Source of the DNA: Alphaproteobacteria bacterium
Lineage (GTDB): Bacteria > Pseudomonadota > Alphaproteobacteria > UBA828
Assembly (NCBI GenBank): GCA_965216915.1
Contig: CBDCGS010000011.1
Coordinates: 523,230-587,229 of the forward strand
Reading direction: 5' to 3'
DNA length: 64,000 bases
Position numbers and translations under genes: made by a program. The notes under the pieces are model-generated. The model did no database searches. It saw only the letters and a program-made list of their open reading frames with translations, and was not told where the DNA came from. Below are positions 48,775 through 58,221 of the stretch, piece after piece; position 1 is the first letter of the stretch; each line of letters starts with the position of its first letter.

Positions 48775-50519
48775 CGGCCTCCCAGAGCGCGCTCGAGCGC
48801 ATCCAGACCCAGATCATGTGGAACCGCTTGATCGCGGTCGTCGAGGAGCAGGCGCAAACGCTGCTGCGAACCGCGTTCAGTACCACGGTCCGCGAGGCCG
48901 GCGATCTCTCGGCCGGCGTGTTCGACGTCGAGGGGCGGATGCTGGCGCAGGCCGTTACCGGCACCCCGGGGCACGTCAACTCGATGGCGGTCTCGGTGAA
49001 GCACTTCCTCGAACGCTATCCCAACGAAGAGATGCGCGAGGGCGACGTCTTCATCACCAACGACCCTTGGCTCACCTGCGGGCATCTTCACGACCTCACC
49101 GTCGTGACCCCGGTCTTCAAGAAAGGCCGCATCATCGGGTCATTCGCCTGCACGGCCCATATCGTCGATATCGGCGGGCGCGGGTTTGGGCCGGACGCGC
49201 GCTCGGTGTTCGAGGAGGGCCTCTACATTCCGATCATGCCGCTTGCGCGCGAAGGGCGGATCAATCGGGACCTGCTCGAGATGGTGCGATGGAACGTGCG
49301 AGAGCCACTTCAGGTCGAAGGGGACATCTTCTCCCTGATCGCCTGCAACCGCGAGGGCGCGCGCCGGCTCAACGCGATGATGGACGAGTTCAGCCTCGAC
49401 GACTTGCAGGCGCTCGCTGACGACATCATCACCCGCTCACGCGAGGCCACGCTGACAGCCATCCGCGCACTACCCTTCGGCACTTACCGCCATTCCCTCA
49501 CGATGGACGGCTATAACGAGCCCATCGACCTCGTCGCCGCGACGACAATCAGCGAGGACGGCATCCACACCGATTTTGAGGGCACCTCGCCGGCGAGCAA
49601 TCACGGCATCAACGTCGTGCTCAACTACACGACCGCCTACACCAGCTTCGGTGTGAAATGCATCGTCGCCAAGGACGTGCCCAACAATGCCGGCTCGCTG
49701 AGCCCGATCACGGTTTCGGCGCCTGAAGGCTCCATTCTCAACGCACCACGGCCTTGGCCGGTCGCCTCGCGCCATGTCATCGGCCACCTGCTGCCCGATT
49801 TGGTATTCGGCTGCCTGCACCAGGCGATCCCCGGACAGGTGCCTGCGGAAGGCGCGGCCTCGCTGTGGATCGTCCAGCTCCGGGGCGGCGCGACGGCGGT
49901 CGATGCCGAGGCGCGCCGGAACTCGGAGATCGACTGGCCGGAGTTCGAAATCGCGCTCTTCAACTCGGGCGGTGCGGGGGCGCGGCCGAAGCGTGATGGC
50001 CTGTCGACGACGGCGTTTCCGAGCGGCGTGCGCACGATGCCGGTGGAGGCCTCTGAGACCGTGGCGCCGATCGTCATCTGGCGCAAGGAGATGGCGCGCG
50101 ACAGCGGCGGCGCGGGTGAATTGCGCGGCGGGCTTGGCCAGGTGATGGAAATCGCCGGCGCGGAGGGTGCGCCCTTCAGCGTGCTGGCTCAGTTCGAGCG
50201 CATCGACCATCCGGCCCGCGGCCGCGCGGGCGGCGGCAACGGCGCACCCGGGGCCATCGCGCTCGCCTCCGGCACGCGCCTGCGTGGCAAAGGCCAGCAG
50301 ACCATCCCGACCCACGACCGGCTTCGCTTGGCGCTCCCCGGCGGCGCCGGCTATGGCGATCCGTTTGCCCGTGACGCGACGGCGGTTGCGGACGACGTCC
50401 TGAACGACCTGGTCACGCCGGAGACCGCGCGCCGCGACTATGGGGTCGTGGTCTCCGCCGACGGCACGATCGACGAGGCGGCCACCGCAGCGCTTCGTGG
50501 CGGCGGCGCCAAGTCCTAG
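48771..50519 (+). CDS. Hydantoinase B / oxoprolinase-like (HyuB), coupled to HyuA by an ATGA overlap
   Basis: Hydantoinase_B-like sequence (DPWLTCGHLHD, FNSGGAGARP). Confidence 0.9.
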   Translation: MTASQSALERIQTQIMWNRLIAVVEEQAQTLLRTAFSTTVREAGDLSAGVFDVEGRMLAQAVTGTPGHVNSMAVSVKHFLERYPNEEMREGDVFITNDPWLTCGHLHDLTVVTPVFKKGRIIGSFACTAHIVDIGGRGFGPDARSVFEEGLYIPIMPLAREGRINRDLLEMVRWNVREPLQVEGDIFSLIACNREGARRLNAMMDEFSLDDLQALADDIITRSREATLTAIRALPFGTYRHSLTMDGYNEPIDLVAATTISEDGIHTDFEGTSPASNHGINVVLNYTTAYTSFGVKCIVAKDVPNNAGSLSPITVSAPEGSILNAPRPWPVASRHVIGHLLPDLVFGCLHQAIPGQVPAEGAASLWIVQLRGGATAVDAEARRNSEIDWPEFEIALFNSGGAGARPKRDGLSTTAFPSGVRTMPVEASETVAPIVIWRKEMARDSGGAGELRGGLGQVMEIAGAEGAPFSVLAQFERIDHPARGRAGGGNGAPGAIALASGTRLRGKGQQTIPTHDRLRLALPGGAGYGDPFARDATAVADDVLNDLVTPETARRDYGVVVSADGTIDEAATAALRGGGAKS

Positions 50520-52126
50520 GCTTCGCCCTCGGTTTCGACCACGAAGCAGTCGATCCCGCGGCCGCGCAGCGCGGCGCATTGCTCGCGCGCCACGGTCTCG
50601 CTCGTCGGCGTCGTGCGCAGCCGGTAGAAAACGCCCTTCTCGGGACCGAGATCCGCACGCGCCACATCCGGCTTCTGGCCGACGAAGAGATCCGGCGCCA
50701 TTGACTGTAGCTCGCTCCAGGCTTCGAGGGCGCCCTCGTGACTGCGGCGTGCGACGAGCTGCACCTGATATCCGCCGGCTGGCAGCGCCTGCGGCGCGGC
50801 GCCGCCCAACGCAGCGGGTGCGAGTTGCGGCAGCGGGACGCGGGACGCGGGCTTCGCGGCCACGGTGGCCGCCGCATCGGCGTTGGGCCGCGCCGGTGCC
50901 GGCCTTGCGGCGGACGGGGCGGCGGTGGGCTGCGGCGAGACCTCCTCCTGCGTCGCGTTGTTCGAAGCCGCAGGCGATGGCTCGGCGGTGTCGGCAGCGG
51001 CTTGCACGATTGGCTGCGCCTCGGCCGGGGGCTTGGGCGCGGCGTAGGCGACCGGCACCATGGCGGCGGGATCTTCACGCCATGCGGGCGCCGGCTCGGC
51101 CTGCGCCACCACGGGCTCGTCCGACGTCGGCTCGACGGGAGCGACGGCCGCGGGAGCGGGCTCGGGGTCGGGCGCCATCGTCGTTGGGGCGCTCACGGCC
51201 GCGGTTTGCCGGGGGCGCGGGTCTGCCGTCGGCGCGGCGGGTTCAGCAGGTTCGGCGGACAATGGCTGGACGCGAACCGCCTCCGCCGGCGCAGGCGTGC
51301 CCTGCTCCGGCTCCGCGGCTGCGGTTTGCCGCGGGCTGGCCCGGCGTTCGCTAAGCGCTGAGTAGAACGCAATGTTGGCGGCCACCTCCTCCTCGGAAAG
51401 GTCCAGGGCGGCGACTTTCTCGGCGGCTTCACGATCGCCGGCGAGGCCCAGCGCCAGAGCCAAGTTCTGGCGGGTGCGCGCGGTCGCATACGGAGATTTG
51501 GCGGCCTTCGTGAGAACCGCGATCGCCTCGCTCACCTGACCCGACAGAGCAAGCGAGAGACCATAGTTGTTGTTTAGCGAGATGTTATCGGGCCGCATCC
51601 GAAGGCCCACGCGATAGCTCTCTTGCGCCTCGCTATGGCGGCTCAACAGATCGAGCGCAACACCACGGCCATTGAGAGCCCGATGATCTTCGGGCACTTC
51701 AGCGAGGAGCGTGTCGTAGACCTCCAGCGCCTCGTCGCCGCCGCTCATGCCGATCAGGCTGCTGCCCAACCCAAACATGATCTCCCGCCGGTTGGGCGGA
51801 TTGACGGCAAGCGCCCGCCGATAGGCATGCACGGCATCGGCATGGGCACCCCTCATGGCGTGGGCGCGGGCCAGCCCAACCAGCGGCTCAGGTGCGGAGG
51901 GATCGCTCTCGTGGGCGGCTTGATAGATTTGCGCCGCGTTTTCCGCTTTGCCGTTGGCCATCGCGATGTCGGCGATGCGGAGAAGACTGTTTGTGTCGCC
52001 GTCGCGCTCGGACACTTGCGAGTCCGGCGCGGTGTTCATGTTCGCGCAGGCGGCAAGCACGATCATGGCGGAGGCAACGGCGGCAGCCGACCGAAGCCGA
52101 CCTCGAACCCAACGAGTGGCGATCAT
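50516..52126 (-). CDS. TPR-repeat lipoprotein with a Pro/Ala-rich linker and a C-terminal SPOR (peptidoglycan/septum-binding) domain
   Basis: Lipobox LAAC; several TPR-like helices (AIAVLTKAAKSPYA...); SPOR-like C-terminus (GGYQVQLVARRSHEGALEAWSELQS...FYRLR). Confidence 0.75.
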   Translation of the reverse strand: MIATRWVRGRLRSAAAVASAMIVLAACANMNTAPDSQVSERDGDTNSLLRIADIAMANGKAENAAQIYQAAHESDPSAPEPLVGLARAHAMRGAHADAVHAYRRALAVNPPNRREIMFGLGSSLIGMSGGDEALEVYDTLLAEVPEDHRALNGRGVALDLLSRHSEAQESYRVGLRMRPDNISLNNNYGLSLALSGQVSEAIAVLTKAAKSPYATARTRQNLALALGLAGDREAAEKVAALDLSEEEVAANIAFYSALSERRASPRQTAAAEPEQGTPAPAEAVRVQPLSAEPAEPAAPTADPRPRQTAAVSAPTTMAPDPEPAPAAVAPVEPTSDEPVVAQAEPAPAWREDPAAMVPVAYAAPKPPAEAQPIVQAAADTAEPSPAASNNATQEEVSPQPTAAPSAARPAPARPNADAAATVAAKPASRVPLPQLAPAALGGAAPQALPAGGYQVQLVARRSHEGALEAWSELQSMAPDLFVGQKPDVARADLGPEKGVFYRLRTTPTSETVAREQCAALRGRGIDCFVVETEGEA

Positions 52127-52186
52127 TGAAAACGTCCTGGGCGTTGTTGCGCGGCTGGATCATCTCGCCGGCCGCGCGCATAGGCG

Positions 52187-52696
52187 CTAATTACCGATCG
52201 GCAGGACGTCCAGAAAGAACATGGTTAGGAAAAGGAAAATTAGATAACAAGAGGTGTACAAAAGCACATCCGACCACGAAAGAGCCCGGCGCTTTGGGCT
52301 GGGTGCTACGATGTCGGACAAATCGTCGAGCGTCTCTGCCTCGGTCGATCCTGGGTCGTCCGGATCGGAGACCGAGAGGGCGGCCTCGGCCGCGAGCGTC
52401 TCGACCGGCGGTTCTGGAACCTCAAGGTCGTCTGCGGCCACCTGCGGCGTGTCGGCCTTGTCGCTCTTAGGTATCTCGATCGTGGCCTTTGCCGCACCCG
52501 GCTGCGAGGCGGCCGCCGGCGTGCGGGTGCGCTTTATCATGGCGCCGGTGAGCGAAGCGGCGGGCTTCTGAAGATCCTCGGCGTTGCCGGTCTTCGACGC
52601 TTCGACGCCGGTTTCGCCCTCGGCGGGCACCGGATCTGGCTGAGAAAGCGATGCGGCTTTCCCGGTCGGCAAGGCTTTGGCGGAGTCGGCAGCCAT
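52187..52696 (-). CDS. Hypothetical acidic, Pro/Ala-rich (disordered) protein with a single C-terminal TM segment (tail-anchored)
   Basis: Low-complexity N-terminus and C-terminal hydrophobic LLYTSCYLIFLFLTMFFLDVL. The start was chosen at MAADSAK; it lies 5 nt after the RHH gene stop. Confidence 0.45.
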   Translation of the reverse strand: MAADSAKALPTGKAASLSQPDPVPAEGETGVEASKTGNAEDLQKPAASLTGAMIKRTRTPAAASQPGAAKATIEIPKSDKADTPQVAADDLEVPEPPVETLAAEAALSVSDPDDPGSTEAETLDDLSDIVAPSPKRRALSWSDVLLYTSCYLIFLFLTMFFLDVLPIGN

Positions 52697-52701
52697 CGGG
52701 C

Positions 52702-53094
52702 CTATTCCCTTGCGCTCTTGCGCTTGAGGTCGAACGGCGAGCTCAGGCAGTCGCAGGTGGCGTCGCACACCTGCAAGGCAACCTCATCGAGATGCCGATC
52801 GAGCGCTTCGACCAGAATGTCCTGCATGCTCTTTCGCAAAAGCGTGCTCGCGAGACGCAGGCGCTGGTGAGTATCGCGATCGAGCTTGACGGATGCTTTG
52901 ACGCGGTTATCACGCCGAGACCCCAGGCCCAACCGTTGTTTGCCCCTGTGTGCCAGAAGCGGGAACTGAATCGCCGGAGGCGTTGCGACATCGTCGGCCC
53001 GCAAGCGCCGATCGGGGCCGAATGTCGACGGCAGCGCGCCGCCCTTGGCCGCGAGGAGCGTGCTGGCGAGATGATCCGCATCGCCTTGGCTCAA
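52702..53094 (-). CDS. Small putative ribbon-helix-helix DNA-binding protein (ParG-like partner of the ParA ATPase); TTG start overlapping the ParA stop
   Basis: Predicted beta-strand-helix-helix region KASVKLDRDTHQRLRLASTLLRKSMQDILVEALDRHL; translationally coupled (TTGA). Confidence 0.45.
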   Translation of the reverse strand: MSQGDADHLASTLLAAKGGALPSTFGPDRRLRADDVATPPAIQFPLLAHRGKQRLGLGSRRDNRVKASVKLDRDTHQRLRLASTLLRKSMQDILVEALDRHLDEVALQVCDATCDCLSSPFDLKRKSARE

Positions 53095-53876
53095 CGGTAG
53101 GCCCTCGCACGCTCAGCGGTGGTAGGGTCCTCAACGGACTCGCCCGTTGCATCGTCCGTCGTGCCGTCGGGCGAGACGGGAACGTCCTCACTCGGGGAAA
53201 GCGCGGTTTCAAGCTGGCGAATGGTGTGCCCGGTCGGAAGCCGCTTATCACCGATCGACTTGCCGAGCTGCTGCGCCACATAGGCCCAGAGCTCCTCGAT
53301 TTCGGCGGCGGAGCGTTCCGCCTTGGGAAGCTCCATGACGGTCCGCCCATCGATCATGCTGGCGGCGAAATCCGTCCGCTGGTGAACGATGGCGGGCGCA
53401 ACGGTGCCATGCTGCGAGAGCGCGATGGCGGCCTCGCCCGTGATGCGTGCGCGGGCCGAGGCGCCGTTGACCACGAAGACCAGCCGCTTGTCGAGTTGCT
53501 CCACCAACTCCACGGTCGCCCCGGCGGCGGAAAGATCGTGCGGGCTTGGGCGCACGGGAATGATGACCAGATCGGCGCAGCGCACGACCTCGACGATCGT
53601 CGTCGTGATGGCCGGCGGCGTGTCGATGACCACGAGCTCGATGCCCTTTTCGGCGAGTTCTGCGAGGGCATCGGGCAGCTGAGAAACATAGGTGCGCGCG
53701 AAGACGGGCGTGTCGACGGGGCGCGCGTTCCACCACACCGACAGACTGCCCTGCGGATCGGTGTCGACCAGCGCGACCGGGCCGGCGCCCGCCCGCTCGG
53801 CTTGTACTGCCAAATGGCCGCATAGGGTCGTCTTGCCCGATCCGCCCTTCTGCGATGTCACCGCTATTACCTGCAT
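53091..53876 (-). CDS. ParA/MinD-family ATPase (small type-Ib ParF-like), orphan (no ParB)
   Basis: Deviant Walker A SQKGGSGKTT; motifs DTDPQGS and VIDTPP. RBS GAGGTGG 5 nt upstream of the ATG. Confidence 0.85.
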   Translation of the reverse strand: MQVIAVTSQKGGSGKTTLCGHLAVQAERAGAGPVALVDTDPQGSLSVWWNARPVDTPVFARTYVSQLPDALAELAEKGIELVVIDTPPAITTTIVEVVRCADLVIIPVRPSPHDLSAAGATVELVEQLDKRLVFVVNGASARARITGEAAIALSQHGTVAPAIVHQRTDFAASMIDGRTVMELPKAERSAAEIEELWAYVAQQLGKSIGDKRLPTGHTIRQLETALSPSEDVPVSPDGTTDDATGESVEDPTTAERARAYR

Positions 53877-53930
53877 AGGTTCCACCTCGCCCCACGGCCT
53901 GAGGGCCTGGCCAATTTCCGCAAAATCGTC

Positions 53931-53970
53931 AACTAAGCTAGCTTGTGGTTGCTAAGTTTTCGCTAGTGAC
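53931..53970. promoter_or_regulatory. Candidate operator / partition-site-like motif cluster upstream of the ParA gene: perfect 10-bp palindrome AAGCTAGCTT plus repeated GCTAAG/GCTAG half-sites
   Basis: Sequence AACTAAGCTAGCTTGTGGTTGCTAAGTTTTCGCTAGTGAC, 55-95 bp upstream of the parA-like start. Confidence 0.3.
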
Positions 53971-54218
53971 TTCCGGTGATTTTCGAAAATTGTCTCCAGA
54001 AGGCGAAATTAAGCTGTCAGTTCGCACGATGTTTCTTTAAAAATTCTTACCAAGCAGCAGTTAACCCTTCGTGCGCTGCGCGGATGCGTGCCGGAGCGGC
54101 GCGCCTGGCACCCCAGTACACTTCGTTGACAACCCGCAACACCCGAGACTGAATCGGGCGAAGGAGGCCGGCTGCCCCGAGCCGATGGGGAGCCGCGACA
54201 TGGAACGAGGAGCACATC

Positions 54219-55304
54219 ATGAAATGGGCTGGGGCGGCATTCGCCATCGCGCTCGGTGCGGCGACGGTGGCCGCCGCCGAGGAGGCGGTGGTCAACGTCT
54301 ACAACTGGTCGGACTACATCGACGAGGAGCTCTTGGTCGAGTTCGAGGCCGAGACCGGGATCAAGGTGGTCTACGACGTCTTCGATTCGAACAACATTCT
54401 CGAAACCAAGCTGCTGACCGGCAAATCGGGCTACGACGTGGTGGTGCCGAGCGGCACCTTCCTGGCGCGACAGATCCAGGCCGGCGTGTTTCAGGAGCTG
54501 GACAAAGCCAAGCTAACGAACCTCGGCAACATGGACGCCGCGATCATGGACCGGGTGAAACGCTGGGACCCGAGCAATTCCTACGCGGTCAATTACATGT
54601 GGGGCACCACAGGGTTCGGCTACAACACCGCCAAGATCGCCGAGCGCATGGCGGATGCGCCCGTTGGCTCGTGGCGCATGATGTTCGATCCGGCGGTCGT
54701 GGCCCGCTTTGCCGACTGCGGCGTCTACCTCATGGATGAGCCCGACGAGGTCATCCCCGCCGTGCTCAACTATCTGGGCGAAGATCCGGATTCGAAGGAC
54801 GTCGACGTCATCGCCAAGACCGAGCCGGTGCTCATGGCGATCCGCCCCTATATCCGCAAGTTCCACAACTCGGCTCAGATCAACGACCTCGCCAATGGCG
54901 ACATCTGCCTCACCATGGGCTGGTCGGGCGACATGCTGCAGGCGCGCGATCGGGCGGTGGAGGCCGAAAACAATGTCGACATCGCCTATGTGATCCCGAG
55001 CGAGGGCGCGCTGATGTGGTTCGACATGATGGCGGTGCCGGCGGATGCGCCGCACCCGGAGAATGCCCACGCCTTTATCAACTACATCATGCGGCCGGAC
55101 GTGATTGCGCGCGCCTCCAACTACGTCTACTACGCCAACGGGAACGCGGCCGCAACGCCGCTACTCGAGGCGGATCTGGTTGAGGATGAGGGCATTTATC
55201 CGCCCGATTCGGTCAAGGCCAAGCTCTACATCACCGACCCGATGCCGCCCAAGACGCAACGCTTCGTCAACCGCCTGTGGACGCGGGTCAAGAGCGGGAA
55301 CTGA
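54219..55304 (+). CDS. Polyamine ABC transporter substrate-binding protein (PotF/PotD-like, putrescine/spermidine)
   Basis: Signal peptide and PotD/PotF-family blocks (VYNWSDYI, YDVVVPS, WGTTG). RBS GAGGAG upstream. Confidence 0.9.
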   Translation: MKWAGAAFAIALGAATVAAAEEAVVNVYNWSDYIDEELLVEFEAETGIKVVYDVFDSNNILETKLLTGKSGYDVVVPSGTFLARQIQAGVFQELDKAKLTNLGNMDAAIMDRVKRWDPSNSYAVNYMWGTTGFGYNTAKIAERMADAPVGSWRMMFDPAVVARFADCGVYLMDEPDEVIPAVLNYLGEDPDSKDVDVIAKTEPVLMAIRPYIRKFHNSAQINDLANGDICLTMGWSGDMLQARDRAVEAENNVDIAYVIPSEGALMWFDMMAVPADAPHPENAHAFINYIMRPDVIARASNYVYYANGNAAATPLLEADLVEDEGIYPPDSVKAKLYITDPMPPKTQRFVNRLWTRVKSGN

Positions 55305-55329
55305 TCGGGAGGACGGCGGCCGGGCCGTC

Positions 55330-56448
55330 ATGATGAGAGACCCGGCCCCGTCGGAGGCGCCACGGGCGGAGACTTCGGTTCGGATCGCGGGCGTCTCTAA
55401 AAGCTTCGGCGACATCGTCGCCGTAGACGACGTCTCGCTGGACATCGCAACGGGCGAATTTTTCGCGCTGCTGGGGCCGTCGGGGTGCGGCAAGACGACG
55501 CTGCTGCGCCTGCTCGCCGGGCTCGAGACGCCGAGCGACGGCGCGATCCTGATCGACGGTGCCGACGTGACGCGGCTCCCGCCCTACCGCCGGCCCGTCA
55601 ACATGATGTTTCAATCCTACGCGCTGTTCCCGCATATGACGGTCGCCGGCAACATCGCGTTCGGGCTCAAGCAGGACCGCGTGCCGCGGCGCGCGCTTCG
55701 GCAGCGGGTCGACGAAGCCCTCGCGCTCGTCCAGCTCACCGAGCTCGCGGAGCGGAAGCCGCACCAGCTCTCCGGTGGCCAGCGCCAACGCGTGGCGCTC
55801 GCCCGCAGCCTGGTCAAGGAGCCGCGCCTGCTGCTGCTGGACGAGCCGCTGGCAGCCCTCGACAAAAAGCTGCGCGAGGAAACCCAGTTCGAGCTTATGG
55901 CGATCCAGCGGCGCGTGGGCATCACCTTCGTCATCGTCACCCACGACCAGCAAGAGGCCATGACGATGGCGAGCCGCATCGCCGTGATGGAGCGCGGCCG
56001 CATCGTCCAGGTGGGCACGCCGACGCAGATCTATGAGGCACCGGCATGCCGCTATGTGGCTGAGTTCATTGGTGATGTGAACATTTTCGAGGGGCACGCC
56101 ACGCGCATCGAGGGAGACCGGGTGGAAATCGGCTCGCCGGACACGGGCGCGACGCTCATCGCGACCGCGACACCCAACGGCTTGACCGCGGGCGAGCGCG
56201 TGTGGCTCGCCGTCCGGCCTGAGAAGATTGTGCTTTCCAGCGAGCCGAACCAGGGCTCCTGGAACGGATTGACCGGTGAGGTTGCCGAGGTCGCCTATCT
56301 CGGCAACGCCTCGGCTTATCGTGTGCGCCTCGACAACGGCCGCATGATCACCGCGCGCCGTGCCAACGCAGATGCAGGCACCGCGCGATCCGACGGACGG
56401 GTCCATCTGTCGTGGCCGCCCGACGCGAGCATCCTGCTCCGCTCCTAG
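55330..56448 (+). CDS. Polyamine ABC transporter ATP-binding protein (PotA/PotG-like)
   Basis: Walker A GPSGCGKTT, signature LSGGQRQRVALARS, Walker B LLLDEP. Confidence 0.9.
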   Translation: MMRDPAPSEAPRAETSVRIAGVSKSFGDIVAVDDVSLDIATGEFFALLGPSGCGKTTLLRLLAGLETPSDGAILIDGADVTRLPPYRRPVNMMFQSYALFPHMTVAGNIAFGLKQDRVPRRALRQRVDEALALVQLTELAERKPHQLSGGQRQRVALARSLVKEPRLLLLDEPLAALDKKLREETQFELMAIQRRVGITFVIVTHDQQEAMTMASRIAVMERGRIVQVGTPTQIYEAPACRYVAEFIGDVNIFEGHATRIEGDRVEIGSPDTGATLIATATPNGLTAGERVWLAVRPEKIVLSSEPNQGSWNGLTGEVAEVAYLGNASAYRVRLDNGRMITARRANADAGTARSDGRVHLSWPPDASILLRS

Positions 56449-57374
56449 GCGCGCGGGCGCGGCCGGCGGGCTGGCCGACGCTCGATTCCGGGGCGGCGCG
56501 CGCCGTCCTCATTCTTGTTCCGTTCTTGTGGCTGCTGCTGTTCTTCCTCGTCCCGTTCTTGATCACGCTCAAGATCAGCGTGGCCGAGACGTTGATCGCG
56601 ATGCCGCCCTACTCGCGCCTACTCGACTGGGGCGAGGGCTCTTGGCCGTCCTTCTTGGTCTCGTTCGACAATTACGCCCTGCTCGCCGAGGACGACCTCT
56701 ACATCAGGGCGTATCTCAGCAGCCTGAAGATCGCTGCGATCTCGACCGCGATCACGCTCGCGCTCGGCTTTCCCATCGCCTACGCGATGGCGCGCGCGCC
56801 GCGGGCCTGGCGGGGCGCGCTCGTGATGCTCGTGATCCTGCCGTTCTGGACGTCGTTCCTGATCCGGGTCTACGCCTGGATCGGCATCCTCAAGAACGAG
56901 GGCCTGCTCAACAATGCGCTGATGTGGCTCGGCCTGACCGACGGGCCACTCGTGATCCTCAACACCGACATCGCGGTCTATATCGGCATCGTCTACTCGT
57001 ACCTGCCGTTCATGATCTTGCCGCTTTACGCGACGCTCGAGCGGATGGACGAATCGCTCTTGGAGGCGGCGGCCGATCTCGGCTGCCGCCCCGCCAAGGC
57101 GTTCTGGGTGATCACCGTGCCGCTCGCCAGGCCGGGCATCATCGCTGGCTCGTTTCTCGTGTTCATTCCGGCCGTCGGCGAGTTCGTCATCCCGGATTTG
57201 CTCGGCGGCTCTGGCACGCTGATGATCGGCCGCACGCTTTGGACGGAGTTCTTCGCCAATCGTGACTGGCCGGTGGCGTCGGCCGTCGCGGTCATCCTGC
57301 TGCTGCTCTTGATCGTGCCGATCGTGCTGTTTCAGCGTCATCAGCAGGCCGCCCGGCTGCGGGAGGCCGGGTGA
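56412..57374 (+). CDS. Polyamine ABC transporter permease (PotB/PotH-like)
   Basis: 6-TM permease with an EAA-like loop (LEAAADLGCRPAKAFW). Confidence 0.85.
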   Translation: MAARREHPAPLLGARARPAGWPTLDSGAARAVLILVPFLWLLLFFLVPFLITLKISVAETLIAMPPYSRLLDWGEGSWPSFLVSFDNYALLAEDDLYIRAYLSSLKIAAISTAITLALGFPIAYAMARAPRAWRGALVMLVILPFWTSFLIRVYAWIGILKNEGLLNNALMWLGLTDGPLVILNTDIAVYIGIVYSYLPFMILPLYATLERMDESLLEAAADLGCRPAKAFWVITVPLARPGIIAGSFLVFIPAVGEFVIPDLLGGSGTLMIGRTLWTEFFANRDWPVASAVAVILLLLLIVPIVLFQRHQQAARLREAG

Positions 57375-58197
57375 TGGAGCGGCGCCTCAGCCTCACCAAC
57401 CTCACCGCGCTGACCCTCGGCTTCGCGTTTCTCTACATCCCGATCTTGCTGCTCATCGCTTACTCGTTCAACGAATCGCGCCTGGTCACGGTGTGGGGCG
57501 GCGTGTCGACCAAATGGTACGGCGAGCTTGCCCGCAACACGGCAATCCTCGACGCGGCATGGATGACCGTGAAGGTCGGCCTCGTCTCCTCGACCGTCGC
57601 GCTCGTGCTCGGCACGGTCGCGGGCCTTCTGCTGGCCCGCATGGCGCGCTTTCCCCGGACGCACGCTCTTCACCGGCATGGTCTATGCGCCGCTCGTCAT
57701 GCCCGAGGTGATCACGGGGCTCTCATTGCTTCTGCTCTTCGTGTCGCTCGATTGGACGCGGCGGGTTTTGGACGATCACGGTCGCCCACGCCACCTTCTC
57801 GATGGCCTATGTCGCCGTGGTCGTGCAGTCGCGCCTCGTGACCATGGACCGCTCGATCGAGGAAGCGGCGATGGATCTCGGCGCGCCGCCGGTCAAAACC
57901 TTCTTCGCGGTCACCCTGCCCATCATCAAGCCGGCGCTGATCGCGGGGTGGCTCCTCGCCTTCACACTCTCGCTCGACGACCTCGTCATCGCCTCGTTCA
58001 CCAGCGGACCGGGCGCGACGACGCTCCCGATGAAGATCTACTCCCAAGTGCGCCTCGGCGTAACGCCCGAGATCAACGCGGTCTCGACGATCTTGGTCGG
58101 CATCGTCGCGACAGGCGTGATCGCGGCGAGCCTCCTCAACAAACGCGCGCTCCTGAGGCGCGCGCGCGACGTGAGGCTTGCGGGACGCGATCATTAG
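57371..58197 (+). pseudogene. Polyamine ABC transporter permease (PotC/PotI-like) interrupted by two +1 frameshifts (at ~57654-57657 and ~57755-57768)
   Basis: The PotC-like sequence is continuous only across three frames. MMERRL...ARMARFP is in frame 2; GRTLFTGMVYAPLVMPEVITGLSLLLLFVSLDWT is in frame 0; GGFWTITVAHATFSMAYVAVVVQSRL...EAAMDLGAPP...SLDDLV is in frame 1. The first shift lies in a CCCC run. Confidence 0.6.
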
Positions 58198-58221
58198 CAC
58201 TCCCGTTGGCGACACAACAGA

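Noticed and set aside
50440-51365. Several Arg/Pro/Ala-rich ORFs on both strands inside the TPR-SPOR gene linker region
   Set aside because: The real gene encodes a Pro/Ala-rich linker. The repetitive GC-rich DNA opens many artefactual frames. An internal direct repeat (CGCGGTTTGCCG...) is coding low-complexity, not a CRISPR or other repeat array.
53886-54218. TGGCAC element and TTGACA hexamer upstream of the potF-like gene as a sigma-54 or sigma-70 promoter
   Set aside because: The spacing and downstream elements do not fit: there is no GC/TTGC at -12 and no credible -10 hexamer.
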